Positions 45,912 through 53,941 of a stretch of 64,000 bases of DNA are shown piece after piece. A program made the translations under genes and the position numbers. How positions within the stretch are numbered: position 1 is the stretch's first letter; each line of letters starts with the position of its first letter. Source of the DNA: a virus (taxonomy: Duplodnaviria > Caudoviricetes); IMG/VR virus record IMGVR_UViG_3300037477_000009, positions 1 through 64,000 of that record. The stretch is one strand, 5' to 3'. The notes beneath the pieces were generated by a model. The model was given only the letters and a program-made list of their open reading frames with translations. It ran no database searches and had not been told where the DNA came from.

Positions 45912-46148
45912 ATGACTACTTTAAATTTTTTGAAAGTTCAGTTCGGCAAGGATCAGGAAGTGGGTGCTGACAACCTGCTTGAAGAAATGTCAGGTGAAGG
46001 AAAGGTACTTAAGATCAAAAAGACACCGATCAAGGAAGGTGATAAAATTCTGTATGAGATATCATTCGGTAAGGCATATGATTGCTATGAATTCGGACAC
46101 CGTTCAGCAGACCTGTGGAAGTATGCGATGAAAGATAGATATAAATAA
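45912..46148 (+). CDS. Hypothetical protein
   Basis: A-rich start context. Confidence 0.6.
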   Translation: MTTLNFLKVQFGKDQEVGADNLLEEMSGEGKVLKIKKTPIKEGDKILYEISFGKAYDCYEFGHRSADLWKYAMKDRYK

Positions 46149-46153
46149 TATCC

Positions 46154-46357
46154 ATGACACCTGATGAACGATTGAAAATACTAAAGGAGTTGCGCCTTGA
46201 GAATCTCAGGTGGTCGAAGTTCTATCAGAAACTTTCAGTGAGTGAGGAACATTGGCATACACCAAGACGGGAAGCGTATCAGGATAGTGCTATATCGTGC
46301 AGGAAAAGAGCAACAGCGTTGTGGTGGGCAATACAATTTTTAAAACAACAACCATGA
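46154..46357 (+). CDS. Hypothetical protein
   Basis: A 2-mismatch palindrome at 46137-46153 abuts the ATG. Confidence 0.55.
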   Translation: MTPDERLKILKELRLENLRWSKFYQKLSVSEEHWHTPRREAYQDSAISCRKRATALWWAIQFLKQQP

Positions 46358-46593
46358 GTGATTTTAAGATTCAAACAGTAACAGCATTCGTAGCAATCGA
46401 TGAGAAGGATGGTGATGAAGGTGTGATCGCATTCTTTGATGGCGCAGGATGGATGCCACTCATCTGTGCAGATGAAGCAAGGATACAATCGATGCTACCA
46501 CTCGCAAAGGATGTGTGCCGTAGGAGCAGGAAGAAGTTTAGGATCATTCAGTTCACAACAAGAGAAGATGTCACTGAAAAATACATACCATGA
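46354..46593 (+). CDS. Hypothetical protein
   Basis: Start reassigned to MSDFKIQ; GDEGVIAF...WMPL. Confidence 0.6.
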   Translation: MSDFKIQTVTAFVAIDEKDGDEGVIAFFDGAGWMPLICADEARIQSMLPLAKDVCRRSRKKFRIIQFTTREDVTEKYIP

Positions 46594-46958
46594 ACTTCAC
46601 CAGGCACATCACACCAGTTGACTTCAGGGAGCATGATCAGTATCGGGAAGAGAAAGCACTGGCTGCACTCGTATCTTGTGCAAGAGAGATACAATCAGAT
46701 TATACTATAAGCGGAAGGTTTAAACTCTATCGGCAGAATATGGAATCAGTTACTGTGATCATCGGCCACAAGCATTTTACCACAAGAGGAAAGGATTCAC
46801 TGTACGAATCATGCACTCACGCAATCTATCATGTGCTTGACAGTTATGTGCAGTTCAGTGATTTGAAAAAAGAAAAAGACCGGATGCTTGCAGAGAGGAA
46901 TAAGTTGTGTAAAACAAAAAAGGTGAGTATGCTGATACCTGTGAAGGGATATAATTGA
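46590..46958 (+). CDS. Hypothetical protein
   Basis: Coupled ORF. Confidence 0.55.
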   Translation: MNFTRHITPVDFREHDQYREEKALAALVSCAREIQSDYTISGRFKLYRQNMESVTVIIGHKHFTTRGKDSLYESCTHAIYHVLDSYVQFSDLKKEKDRMLAERNKLCKTKKVSMLIPVKGYN

Positions 46959-46963
46959 TATCC
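46947..46963. promoter_or_regulatory. 17-bp palindromic operator (1 mismatch)
   Basis: GGATATA-ATT-GATATCC. Confidence 0.65.
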
Positions 46964-47017
46964 AATAAAATTATTAACTTGCGTGTACACAAGTTAATAA
47001 TCCAAAATCTTACAACT

Positions 47018-47182
47018 ATGCCTCTTAAAAAAGGATCATCTCAGAAAACGATCAGTGAGAACATTCGCAGAGAAGTTCACGCTGGTGTACCGCAGAAGCA
47101 AGCCATTGCAATTGCAATGAGTAAAGCAGGTAAATCAAACCAGTCGCATTCAGGCAGCAGAGGTGGTGGGAGGAAGAAGTGA
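47018..47182 (+). CDS. Small basic phage protein (MPLKKG...QAIAIA type)
   Basis: [39 protein letters not shown]; start at 47018. Confidence 0.7.
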   Translation: MPLKKGSSQKTISENIRREVHAGVPQKQAIAIAMSKAGKSNQSHSGSRGGGRKK

Positions 47183-47407
47183 TATCTTCACTTCCCTGTC
47201 AGCGATTAAATCCTTGAAGCACTTCATATCCTCATCGTACATGATCGGCATCATGCCCATGTAGATGCCACCCTGAACACCGCCTAACGCACCATCGAAT
47301 GCGACCATGAGTGATACACCATTGGGTGATGCGATCATAACAGTTGCATTGATGCTCTTACCCTGCATCTCAATTTTAACGTGCTGACCTTTTTTATATA
47401 CTTCCAT
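47150..47407 (-). CDS. Hypothetical protein
   Basis: Last gene of the leftward cluster; convergent overlap with the 47018 gene. Confidence 0.6.
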   Translation of the reverse strand: MEVYKKGQHVKIEMQGKSINATVMIASPNGVSLMVAFDGALGGVQGGIYMGMMPIMYDEDMKCFKDLIADREVKISLLPPTTSAA

Positions 47408-47706
47408 TATTGCAATCCGTTTTTATATTCGATCTCAAGCATCTTATCAGCAAGTTCCTGCGCTTCATTCATCGTCTTTACGATCATCTGTTCAAGTTCC
47501 TTGATCGCACTTTGTCTTGCAGCGATCTCAACACAGTTACGGGTGATATCCAATTTAAGGAAGTTGATGTAGCGATGCTTATCATCTCTTGCTTGCCTTA
47601 GACGCTTTATATTGTTTATCCATAGATATAATTTATATCCAAGTACCAAGTATGCATGGATCATCATCTTTTGATCGTTGCAACCAATACAAGTTCGGGT
47701 TTGCAT
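47407..47706 (-). CDS. Hypothetical coiled-coil protein (true start uncertain, probably downstream)
   Basis: The C-terminal half reads like a coiled coil; the 5' part overlaps the upstream gene and a palindrome (47624-47640). Confidence 0.4.
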   Translation of the reverse strand: MQTRTCIGCNDQKMMIHAYLVLGYKLYLWINNIKRLRQARDDKHRYINFLKLDITRNCVEIAARQSAIKELEQMIVKTMNEAQELADKMLEIEYKNGLQ

Positions 47707-47911
47707 CCATCAGTTTTTGAATTGAATCAACATTATCTTCGATCATCACAGGCTTGTCTACAGGCACAGGATTTGGATTACCATGCACAATGTGCCATTC
47801 ACGCAGCACGAACTTACCAGGATAGTCTGATGGATTCTTGTACAACACATATTGTTTCATTACTTCACGACTCATCTTCTGCTGGTTTATAGTTTGGATC
47901 ATAGCGTTCAT
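47633..47911 (-). CDS. Hypothetical protein
   Basis: YKNPSDYPGKFVLREW...RSKDDDPCILGTWI. Confidence 0.65.
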   Translation of the reverse strand: MNAMIQTINQQKMSREVMKQYVLYKNPSDYPGKFVLREWHIVHGNPNPVPVDKPVMIEDNVDSIQKLMDANPNLYWLQRSKDDDPCILGTWI

Positions 47912-48452
47912 TATTTGCCCACTTTTCGCAGTAGATGCAAATTTTCATCATCATATCAGGTGCATCGTTCCAAATATGGACACACTCTTTCGCATATGGC
48001 CTGAATGCACCAAAGCCACCAGTCACTGCACCACAGATCATGCAGGTTTCACCTTCAGAATTACCAGTACGATGAGAATGTGTGCAACCTTTGCGCCTGT
48101 TGGTCATCTTTATCAAATCTTCTTCAGTGAGCCAGGTCACAACTTCTTTCACCTGGTCAAGTGTAAGTGTAGCACTCACTTCTTTTGGCATATCACTCTT
48201 CATCAGGATCGCTGTTCCTCTGATCGCACTGTGTGATCCAGTGATAAAGAAGAATGGCTTCTCTTTTCTGTACAATCCTTCCTCATCAATGTATAAAAAG
48301 TGATTTGTACCGAGTAGGAATGGTGAGAAGTTGAACATCTCGATGTGTTGGCAGCCGATGATCCAGTAGAACTCGGAGAGTTTAGGAATGATCATCGCTT
48401 CAGTGATCGTTCTCTCCTGTGGATTGATAATTATCGCTCTTATCTTTTCCAT
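47865..48452 (-). CDS. DUF3846-like N-terminal domain plus Cys/His motifs
   Basis: RAIIINP...IIGCQHIE...LYIDEEGL; CMIC and CIYC near the C-terminus. Confidence 0.6.
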   Translation of the reverse strand: MEKIRAIIINPQERTITEAMIIPKLSEFYWIIGCQHIEMFNFSPFLLGTNHFLYIDEEGLYRKEKPFFFITGSHSAIRGTAILMKSDMPKEVSATLTLDQVKEVVTWLTEEDLIKMTNRRKGCTHSHRTGNSEGETCMICGAVTGGFGAFRPYAKECVHIWNDAPDMMMKICIYCEKWANNERYDPNYKPAEDES

Positions 48453-48771
48453 TGGTTTTTGTTTTCTTATTCCGCAATTTGGTTAAAAGTTCGACTTCCT
48501 GCTTTCCTTTGATCTTCGCCAGGTCGATCAGATAATTTACCTGGAATGCGATCCATACCAGCGCATCGATACCAAGTGCCTTCTCCAGCTTGAGTGCAAC
48601 TGGTGCAGTGATGAACTGGTGGTCATTCAAAACAAGTTTGACGAAGGTTTCATCAGAACCCATCTTTTTTGCCAGGCTCTTCTTGCTCATCTTCCTGGCC
48701 TTGAGTTCATCTTTTAAAATTTCACCTGGTGAAGTAGCAAAGGCAGGGGTTAGTTCATTGATATTTGTCAT
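48400..48771 (-). CDS. higA: HigA-family XRE HTH protein (orphan antitoxin-like regulator)
   Basis: SPGEILKDELKARKMSKKSLAKKMG...ITAPVALKLEKALGIDALVWIAFQVNY. Confidence 0.8.
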   Translation of the reverse strand: MTNINELTPAFATSPGEILKDELKARKMSKKSLAKKMGSDETFVKLVLNDHQFITAPVALKLEKALGIDALVWIAFQVNYLIDLAKIKGKQEVELLTKLRNKKTKTNGKDKSDNYQSTGENDH

Positions 48772-48773
48772 AT

Positions 48774-48790
48774 GGATATAATTTATATCT
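48774..48790. promoter_or_regulatory. 17-bp palindromic operator (1 mismatch)
   Basis: GGATATA-ATT-TATATCT, 2 nt before the higA-like ATG. Confidence 0.7.
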
Positions 48791-49025
48791 TTTTGTATTT
48801 ATACTCGTCAGGCACTTGGAGTACCGCATCAACACCTGCGAGATACTTTGTTGATAAGGTATCCTTTCTTTGGGCAATTGCGAAATGCACCCTCATTAAC
48901 AATGGCAATAAATGAAAGTCCTCATTACAGCACATGAATAATGCATTTAGATTCGCATGAAAATTGATAAGTTCTACGGAAGTATATTCCGCTAAACAAC
49001 TTTCAAGACTTTGCTTCCTTGCCAT
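48783..49025 (-). CDS. Hypothetical protein
   Basis: Coupled ORF. Confidence 0.55.
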   Translation of the reverse strand: MARKQSLESCLAEYTSVELINFHANLNALFMCCNEDFHLLPLLMRVHFAIAQRKDTLSTKYLAGVDAVLQVPDEYKYKKI

Positions 49026-49420
49026 TACTGTATTGGTTTTTTAAGTACATCAGATGCGATCTCGCAGAGTGCCATACCTGCAAGCTGATTATCAGGTGGA
49101 TTCCAATTGGCATCATCCATCCACTCTGCCCATGTAGCCATCGCCAGCAATCGCCAGGAATACTTTTGCACGACATAGTAATCATATACTTTCTCTGCTC
49201 TGCGCACAGTCATCTTGTTACGGATGTTGGTCTTGAACTTTGCAAAAGTTTCCTGTGCTTGTTTGGCCAGTTCTATAAACTTCTCAGGTGTATCAATGGG
49301 GATCGTGCCTTCCGGTTTTGGATTCCTGGCAGATTCAAGCAATGCTTTGTCAGTTGGGGATAACCTTCGGTTATTGTAATCTTCGTTTGATGCAATGATC
49401 GTTTTATCGTCAGCCATCAT
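49025..49420 (-). CDS. Hypothetical protein
   Basis: AAACTATAC start motif upstream. Confidence 0.65.
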   Translation of the reverse strand: MMADDKTIIASNEDYNNRRLSPTDKALLESARNPKPEGTIPIDTPEKFIELAKQAQETFAKFKTNIRNKMTVRRAEKVYDYYVVQKYSWRLLAMATWAEWMDDANWNPPDNQLAGMALCEIASDVLKKPIQ

Positions 49421-49429
49421 GTATAGTTT

Positions 49430-49603
49430 TTATTCGTCAGATAAAGACCAGGCTATTGCAGCCAGGCCACATACAATGAAATACCCAAGCGATGCAATAT
49501 ATTCCTTTGCACCAAACAGCACCATCATCGCACCGAGCGCACCCATGCACACAAATAATCTAAAGATGAATTCTAAAATGAACGTGAGGATTGATCTTGC
49601 CAC
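49430..49603 (-). CDS. 57-aa 2-TM membrane protein (GTG start, not in the ORF track)
   Basis: AAACTATAC-AAA-GTG start; translation MARSILTFILEFIFRLFVCMGALGAMMVLFGAKEYIASLGYFIVCGLAAIAWSLSDE. Confidence 0.55.
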   Translation of the reverse strand: MARSILTFILEFIFRLFVCMGALGAMMVLFGAKEYIASLGYFIVCGLAAIAWSLSDE

Positions 49604-49626
49604 TTTGTATAGTTTTTATTTTTGAG

Positions 49627-49643
49627 GGATATAATTTATATCC
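49627..49643. promoter_or_regulatory. 17-bp palindromic operator, perfect copy
   Basis: GGATATA-ATT-TATATCC, abutting a DnaA box. Confidence 0.75.
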
Positions 49644-49674
49644 TTATCCACATTTGATTCACAGGTTATTCACA
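49644..49674 (+). promoter_or_regulatory. DnaA-box cluster
   Basis: TTATCCACA at 49644, TGATTCACA at 49656, TTATTCACA at 49666. Confidence 0.55.
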
Positions 49675-49675
49675 A

Positions 49676-50149
49676 AAAGGGGTGCATAGTGTAGAAACAG
49701 TACGCACCCACCATTAACCATTAAACCTTATCAATAAAAAGAGTTGATTTAAAACTCTTTACCTGGCTCAAAGGTAAAAGAGAATCACATAGAATTCCAA
49801 AAAAAAATCAGAGGCGATGTGGAAACACTGCCTCTGAAACCATTAAACAAAAATTGAAAAATCATCAATTTTCATTCATCTTAAAAGTGTATTCTAGGCT
49901 GACAAATGTGGAGACATTTCCCTGATCCTAAAACCTTATCTTATGAGGCTGTGAAGGTAAGGTGGATTTCTATGGAATTCCAAAAAAAACCTGATGTGGA
50001 AACACCAGGTTTAAAACATATATAAAATGTAAACAAGATTGGTGGTGAAGGTACGACCAGGTTACATGGAATTCCAAATAAAAAAGACCAGGTGTAGAAA
50101 CACCCGATCTTTCAGCTTTTGAGGCCTGATTAGTAGCGGTGCAAAAGTA
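49676..50149 (-). ncRNA. Array of four promoter-terminator small RNA units
   Basis: -7 boxes at 49769, 49952, 50046, 50142; three have TTTG exactly 21 nt upstream. Each unit ends in a hairpin with a UGU-UUCY-ACA apex plus a U tract. Confidence 0.6.
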
Positions 50150-50251
50150 GGTGGCCAGGCTATACGGCAATTATATAGAATTCCACAAAAAAGTAACATC
50201 CAAGTAACAGGTAAGTAGCACTTTTCGTAACTTCAGGACAAACTATACAAT

Positions 50252-50518
50252 ATGCGAGCAAATATGCGATCAGCAGTCCTGCTGCTGACAAAAGACACCA
50301 AGACAGGTAAGCGTAAAGGATATGTTTACTACACCGGAGAGAAAGGCGCAGTACAGTGCGATGTGATCTTGGGATCAGATCAGAAGATAATCATCGCCAC
50401 TGGTGTAAAAGCAATCGGTAAGGTCTTAAACTACTATCTCAAGGAAGGATACGAGATCACCTCCAGTGAGCCACACAAGGATGCGCTGCCTCAAAACAAA
50501 GAGGCCAGTGTTACCTGA
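50252..50518 (+). CDS. Hypothetical protein
   Basis: AAACTATAC start motif upstream. Confidence 0.6.
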   Translation: MRANMRSAVLLLTKDTKTGKRKGYVYYTGEKGAVQCDVILGSDQKIIIATGVKAIGKVLNYYLKEGYEITSSEPHKDALPQNKEASVT

Positions 50519-50563
50519 CCTCAACGGAAAGAATCCATAGCCAAGAGCCTGGTTATACCAAGA

Positions 50564-50670
50564 AGGACTGCGATTGTCGGAATGCCCGTTGCGCTTGGCC
50601 AGCACAGTTGGTTAGAAATGCAGGAAAATCACCAACACTTCCGATGCGCACGATCTGCATTGACTGTCCT
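50564..50670 (+). ncRNA. Candidate pseudoknotted ncRNA
   Basis: Four nested helices plus a 7-bp loop-to-3' pairing AATGCAG/CTGCATT. Confidence 0.45.
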
Positions 50671-50750
50671 CCTGGTAAAAGATGAGGCCAGTGGAGAACC
50701 ACCAGCCTGTAATACCCGTTTGCTTGTTAATTGCTACCTGAAGTTACGAA

Positions 50751-50787
50751 GGATACAAATTATATCCTCAAGAACAAGTTATCCACA
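50751..50787. promoter_or_regulatory. 17-bp palindrome plus perfect DnaA box
   Basis: GGATACA-AAT-TATATCC at 50751-50767; TTATCCACA at 50779-50787. Confidence 0.6.
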
Positions 50788-50979
50788 TCGCTCACTTTAT
50801 CAATCTTGCTCAAATCCGCACAATCTATAAGAAAAGCACTAACATCGGCATAACAAATAGTAACAAAAAGTAGCAAATCGCACAACTTAGAACAACCTGG
50901 TAATCAGTTTAGAATGTGGATATAATTTATGTCTATCGCTCACTCCGGTCAGTAACTTGCTGACTTAACCTGGAGTGCT

Positions 50980-51288
50980 ATGGAAAAACTTTTGCACCTC
51001 ACCTTGTCCTCACCAATGCCATTTGGCAAGTTCAAGAACCAGGCGATCAGAAATGTTCCATTATCCTACTGGACATGGCTCTACGACAACCCTGAAGCTG
51101 TAGATAACTGGTGGAACAGATCACTCAGGAAGTTCATCGAGAACAATATTGACCTGTTCCTGATCGAATGTGGTGGTGAGGTCACCGATGAGATCATCCT
51201 GGTGGTGCAAAGAATACAACTCAACCTGATAAAAAGAAAGAAGCGATCTAAAAAACGCAATCACGTTGCAATGCCTGAGTTGTTCTAA
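50980..51288 (+). CDS. DUF3820/QSregVF_b-like small domain protein
   Basis: MPFGKFKNQAIRNVPLSYWTWL. Confidence 0.7.
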   Translation: MEKLLHLTLSSPMPFGKFKNQAIRNVPLSYWTWLYDNPEAVDNWWNRSLRKFIENNIDLFLIECGGEVTDEIILVVQRIQLNLIKRKKRSKKRNHVAMPELF

Positions 51289-51460
51289 TCAAAACCGCAG
51301 AAAACCGCCATGCGGCTGTCTCCATCCGGTGATGAAACCTGCCTTCCTGGTTCAATCACGCAAATAACCGCAATATAATCCGCAAAAAAAGAGGCCACTA
51401 TAGAGAATAGCGGCCTGATTCTACTTTAAAATTAAAAAAATGGATGGAAATATGCCAGTG

Positions 51461-51480
51461 CAAAGATATAGGTTATATCC
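51461..51480 (-). promoter_or_regulatory. Promoter -7 box overlapped by the palindrome
   Basis: TATCTTTG on the minus strand at 51461-51468; AGATATA-GGT-TATATCC at 51464-51480. Confidence 0.55.
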
Positions 51481-52042
51481 TACAGGTGATACAGGCGATA
51501 TGTAAAGAAAAAGCCTGATCTCAGGCCGTAAAGTAGCACCTGGTTTACTTTCGGCACTTTCGGCTGACTTTCGGGAAAGTAGTGTTATAGGCTGGATATC
51601 AATTATATCCTTACTTAACTTGAAAACAGCCAATGAGGATAGGGAGAAGGGGTATTACCTGGTAACGTGGGGGCGGCGATCTCAAGCGGAATTCAAAAGC
51701 GCAGACCGAGTGGCATCCGGTTTCCAGCGATTCAAAAGTAAACCGAGATTTGTAACTTAATTCTCCAAGAACTAAATAGAATGTGAGTAAAAAGCTGATA
51801 TTCAGCAAGGTATTAAGGTAACATGGATCGTAGGTCACATCATAGGTAACTTCAGGTGGGGGAATAGTGCATCACTGCGCTCTGATCACCAGCAATACAC
51901 ATCATGGATCGCACACTGGCTACTCGCATCATGGTTGCATCTGTATGCGGCTTCGCCTTTATCCCATCACCACTCACATCAGTGTATCACCATGCACCAC
52001 TTGCATCATGGTTGCACACCACGTTCCACATGGAATTCCATG

Positions 52043-52336
52043 TCACTGGTCAAGGTCATCCCAATCTGTGCATCGCATTACTTGTGCTTGTTGTGTTGTG
52101 AGGATAGTGATGTCTGTATCTCTGCCTCCGCATGGCTTGGCGAATACATGATCACTCTTGCATAACCACACAATGGTTGATGCTTCACCTTCTGGAGTGA
52201 TAAGCACATCATGTAATCGCACTGGTTGTGTGATCTGTGCTTGGATATGATTTATATCTTGAGGTAAAACACTGGCTGGAATCGCTTGTAATGCGATCAC
52301 AGCAGCCAGTGATTGAATGAAGTGTTTGCGATGCAT
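52043..52336 (-). CDS. Hypothetical protein with Tat-like N-terminus
   Basis: MHRKHFIQSLAAVIALQA. Confidence 0.5.
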   Translation of the reverse strand: MHRKHFIQSLAAVIALQAIPASVLPQDINHIQAQITQPVRLHDVLITPEGEASTIVWLCKSDHVFAKPCGGRDTDITILTTQQAQVMRCTDWDDLDQ

Positions 52337-52337
52337 T

Positions 52338-52496
52338 TTATATTTTGATCAAGCCACTTCCGTTGACTAAGATCAGGATGATGATCAGCAGTATGATAAT
52401 GTTCAATGCCTTTTGGTTGACCACTGTTGGCGCAACCAGTATAAGCACAAGCAATATCACTGTAACCACCAGTAGAATGATGAGAAGTATTGACAT
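52338..52496 (-). CDS. 52-aa hydrophobic 2-TM protein
   Basis: Start reassigned to MSILLIILL. Confidence 0.5.
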   Translation of the reverse strand: MSILLIILLVVTVILLVLILVAPTVVNQKALNIIILLIIILILVNGSGLIKI

Positions 52497-52506
52497 GATG
52501 ATTGGT

Positions 52507-53049
52507 TTACACTGGTTGTTTGAACACTGCACCAGCAAGCCATGCTGACCATGCAATGCCATCGCCACTATCAATCGTATCTGCCTTGTAACTATCACCA
52601 GCTTTCTGTGCAGTCAGATGAGCGACACGCACATCCCATGTGCCATCAGGTATCTCACCATTGCATTGCTTACCATTGTTGATGAAGCGAGTGATCAATG
52701 GCACTCTGCTAAACTGCTTGATCTCTACACCACCACTTGGCTCAGTCTGGCCACCACCAGTCCACTGTACCACTGTGATCACAACAATCCGGTCATCTGT
52801 TGCATCATCTGGAGTTAATGCACCAAGATCATCTGGAGTTGGTAATGTCCACTCAAGTTCATTCTCTGCTGGATGAGTTACCACTGGCGCAGCAATGAGC
52901 AATGCACCGACTGATGCACCACTCTTGGTTGATTTTTTACTCTTTGGTTTGCTTGCTTCTGCCACTGGTATACCACTGACGTTAGACAAGTCTTTTGCAT
53001 AGTCCTCAACATTTTCTTTTGCCATTAGTTTGTGTTTTTTCATTGACAA
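52507..53049 (-). CDS. Hypothetical protein (beta-rich C-terminal domain)
   Basis: 180-aa ORF with a low-complexity K/S linker. Confidence 0.6.
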   Translation of the reverse strand: MSMKKHKLMAKENVEDYAKDLSNVSGIPVAEASKPKSKKSTKSGASVGALLIAAPVVTHPAENELEWTLPTPDDLGALTPDDATDDRIVVITVVQWTGGGQTEPSGGVEIKQFSRVPLITRFINNGKQCNGEIPDGTWDVRVAHLTAQKAGDSYKADTIDSGDGIAWSAWLAGAVFKQPV

Positions 53050-53160
53050 ATCAATTTACAAATTACGATCCAATATTGTTTGCACTGGTTATGCACAATG
53101 CAACCAGTGTTCATTTTTCTTTTGCACAGGATATAAACAATATCCATTGTAAATTTGATC

Positions 53161-53589
53161 ATGTACATACCAGTGCAAGACTTCAGATATCTTAAACGAT
53201 TTTGTTACTTCGATACTACACTGGAGAAGTATAATCGCAAAGCCATGATGCGTCTCAATCGCACTCAGGTATTACTGCTGTATACACTCTATGATCTCAC
53301 TCGTAAGAAACCAACAGCAACAGCACCTTTCATTGGTAAATACTTTCTTGTATCAAAGAGCAAACGCAGTGCAAGATTTCATACAGTCAAACAATTGCAC
53401 ATACTGGAAGTAGCAGAACTTGTGTTGCATATCACTGATAAAAATGGATTCTATCATTGGTCATTAACACTGCTTGGTCACAATACACTCAAAGCAATTG
53501 AACGCATGATTCGCAAACAAGAAAATGTTTCAAAGATCAGTTCTCGATCCTCTGTCTTAACTCAATTATTCTCCTCTCAAAACAAGTGA
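53161..53589 (+). CDS. Winged-helix DNA-binding protein (putative regulator)
   Basis: LNRTQVLLLYTL...LHILEVAELV...WSLTLLG pattern; palindrome at 53129-53145 just upstream. Confidence 0.55.
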   Translation: MYIPVQDFRYLKRFCYFDTTLEKYNRKAMMRLNRTQVLLLYTLYDLTRKKPTATAPFIGKYFLVSKSKRSARFHTVKQLHILEVAELVLHITDKNGFYHWSLTLLGHNTLKAIERMIRKQENVSKISSRSSVLTQLFSSQNK

Positions 53590-53941
53590 TAATACCTGGC
53601 TTTGTGTGTATTTGATTGTGACATTGCCAACACAGTATTGCGATGTTATCTGGATCATATCTTAGCAATGGAAATTTTGATTTCTCCAATAGATGATGGA
53701 AGTTGAATAACTGTGGCTCATGGATAATATTCTCACATCCTACTGCCTGACATTTGTTGCTCGTTCTATTGAGCCAGACATCCATGTAAAAATCAATATC
53801 ATCTTGCTTCCTCTCACGAAACATATGTTGCTTCACTCTTACAGATGCTGATGTTGCACATCGTTTGCATCTCCCATGAGAGAAGATCAGTCTCATCTTG
53901 TGACATTCAATGCACTCTTTTGGTTTCTGTCTGATAGCCAT
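53537..53941 (-). CDS. HNH endonuclease with N-terminal Zn finger
   Basis: CIEC...CKRC; FHHLLEKS...YDPDNIAILCWQCHNQIH. Confidence 0.8.
   Translation of the reverse strand: MAIRQKPKECIECHKMRLIFSHGRCKRCATSASVRVKQHMFRERKQDDIDFYMDVWLNRTSNKCQAVGCENIIHEPQLFNFHHLLEKSKFPLLRYDPDNIAILCWQCHNQIHTKPGIITCFERRIIELRQRIEN

Noticed and set aside
49676-50190. CRISPR mini-array (GTGGAAAC-like repeats)
   Set aside because: Only about 10 nt are conserved, spacing is irregular (about 90-180 bp), and each unit has its own promoter and terminator.
51671-51682. GGGCGGCGATCT, an 11/12 match to the lambda cohesive end GGGCGGCGACCT
   Set aside because: My rough chance estimate is about 0.05 per window and the match was noticed post hoc. 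It is far from the terminase genes, and P22/crAss-type podoviruses are not known for lambda-type cos ends. Read-end mapping would settle it.
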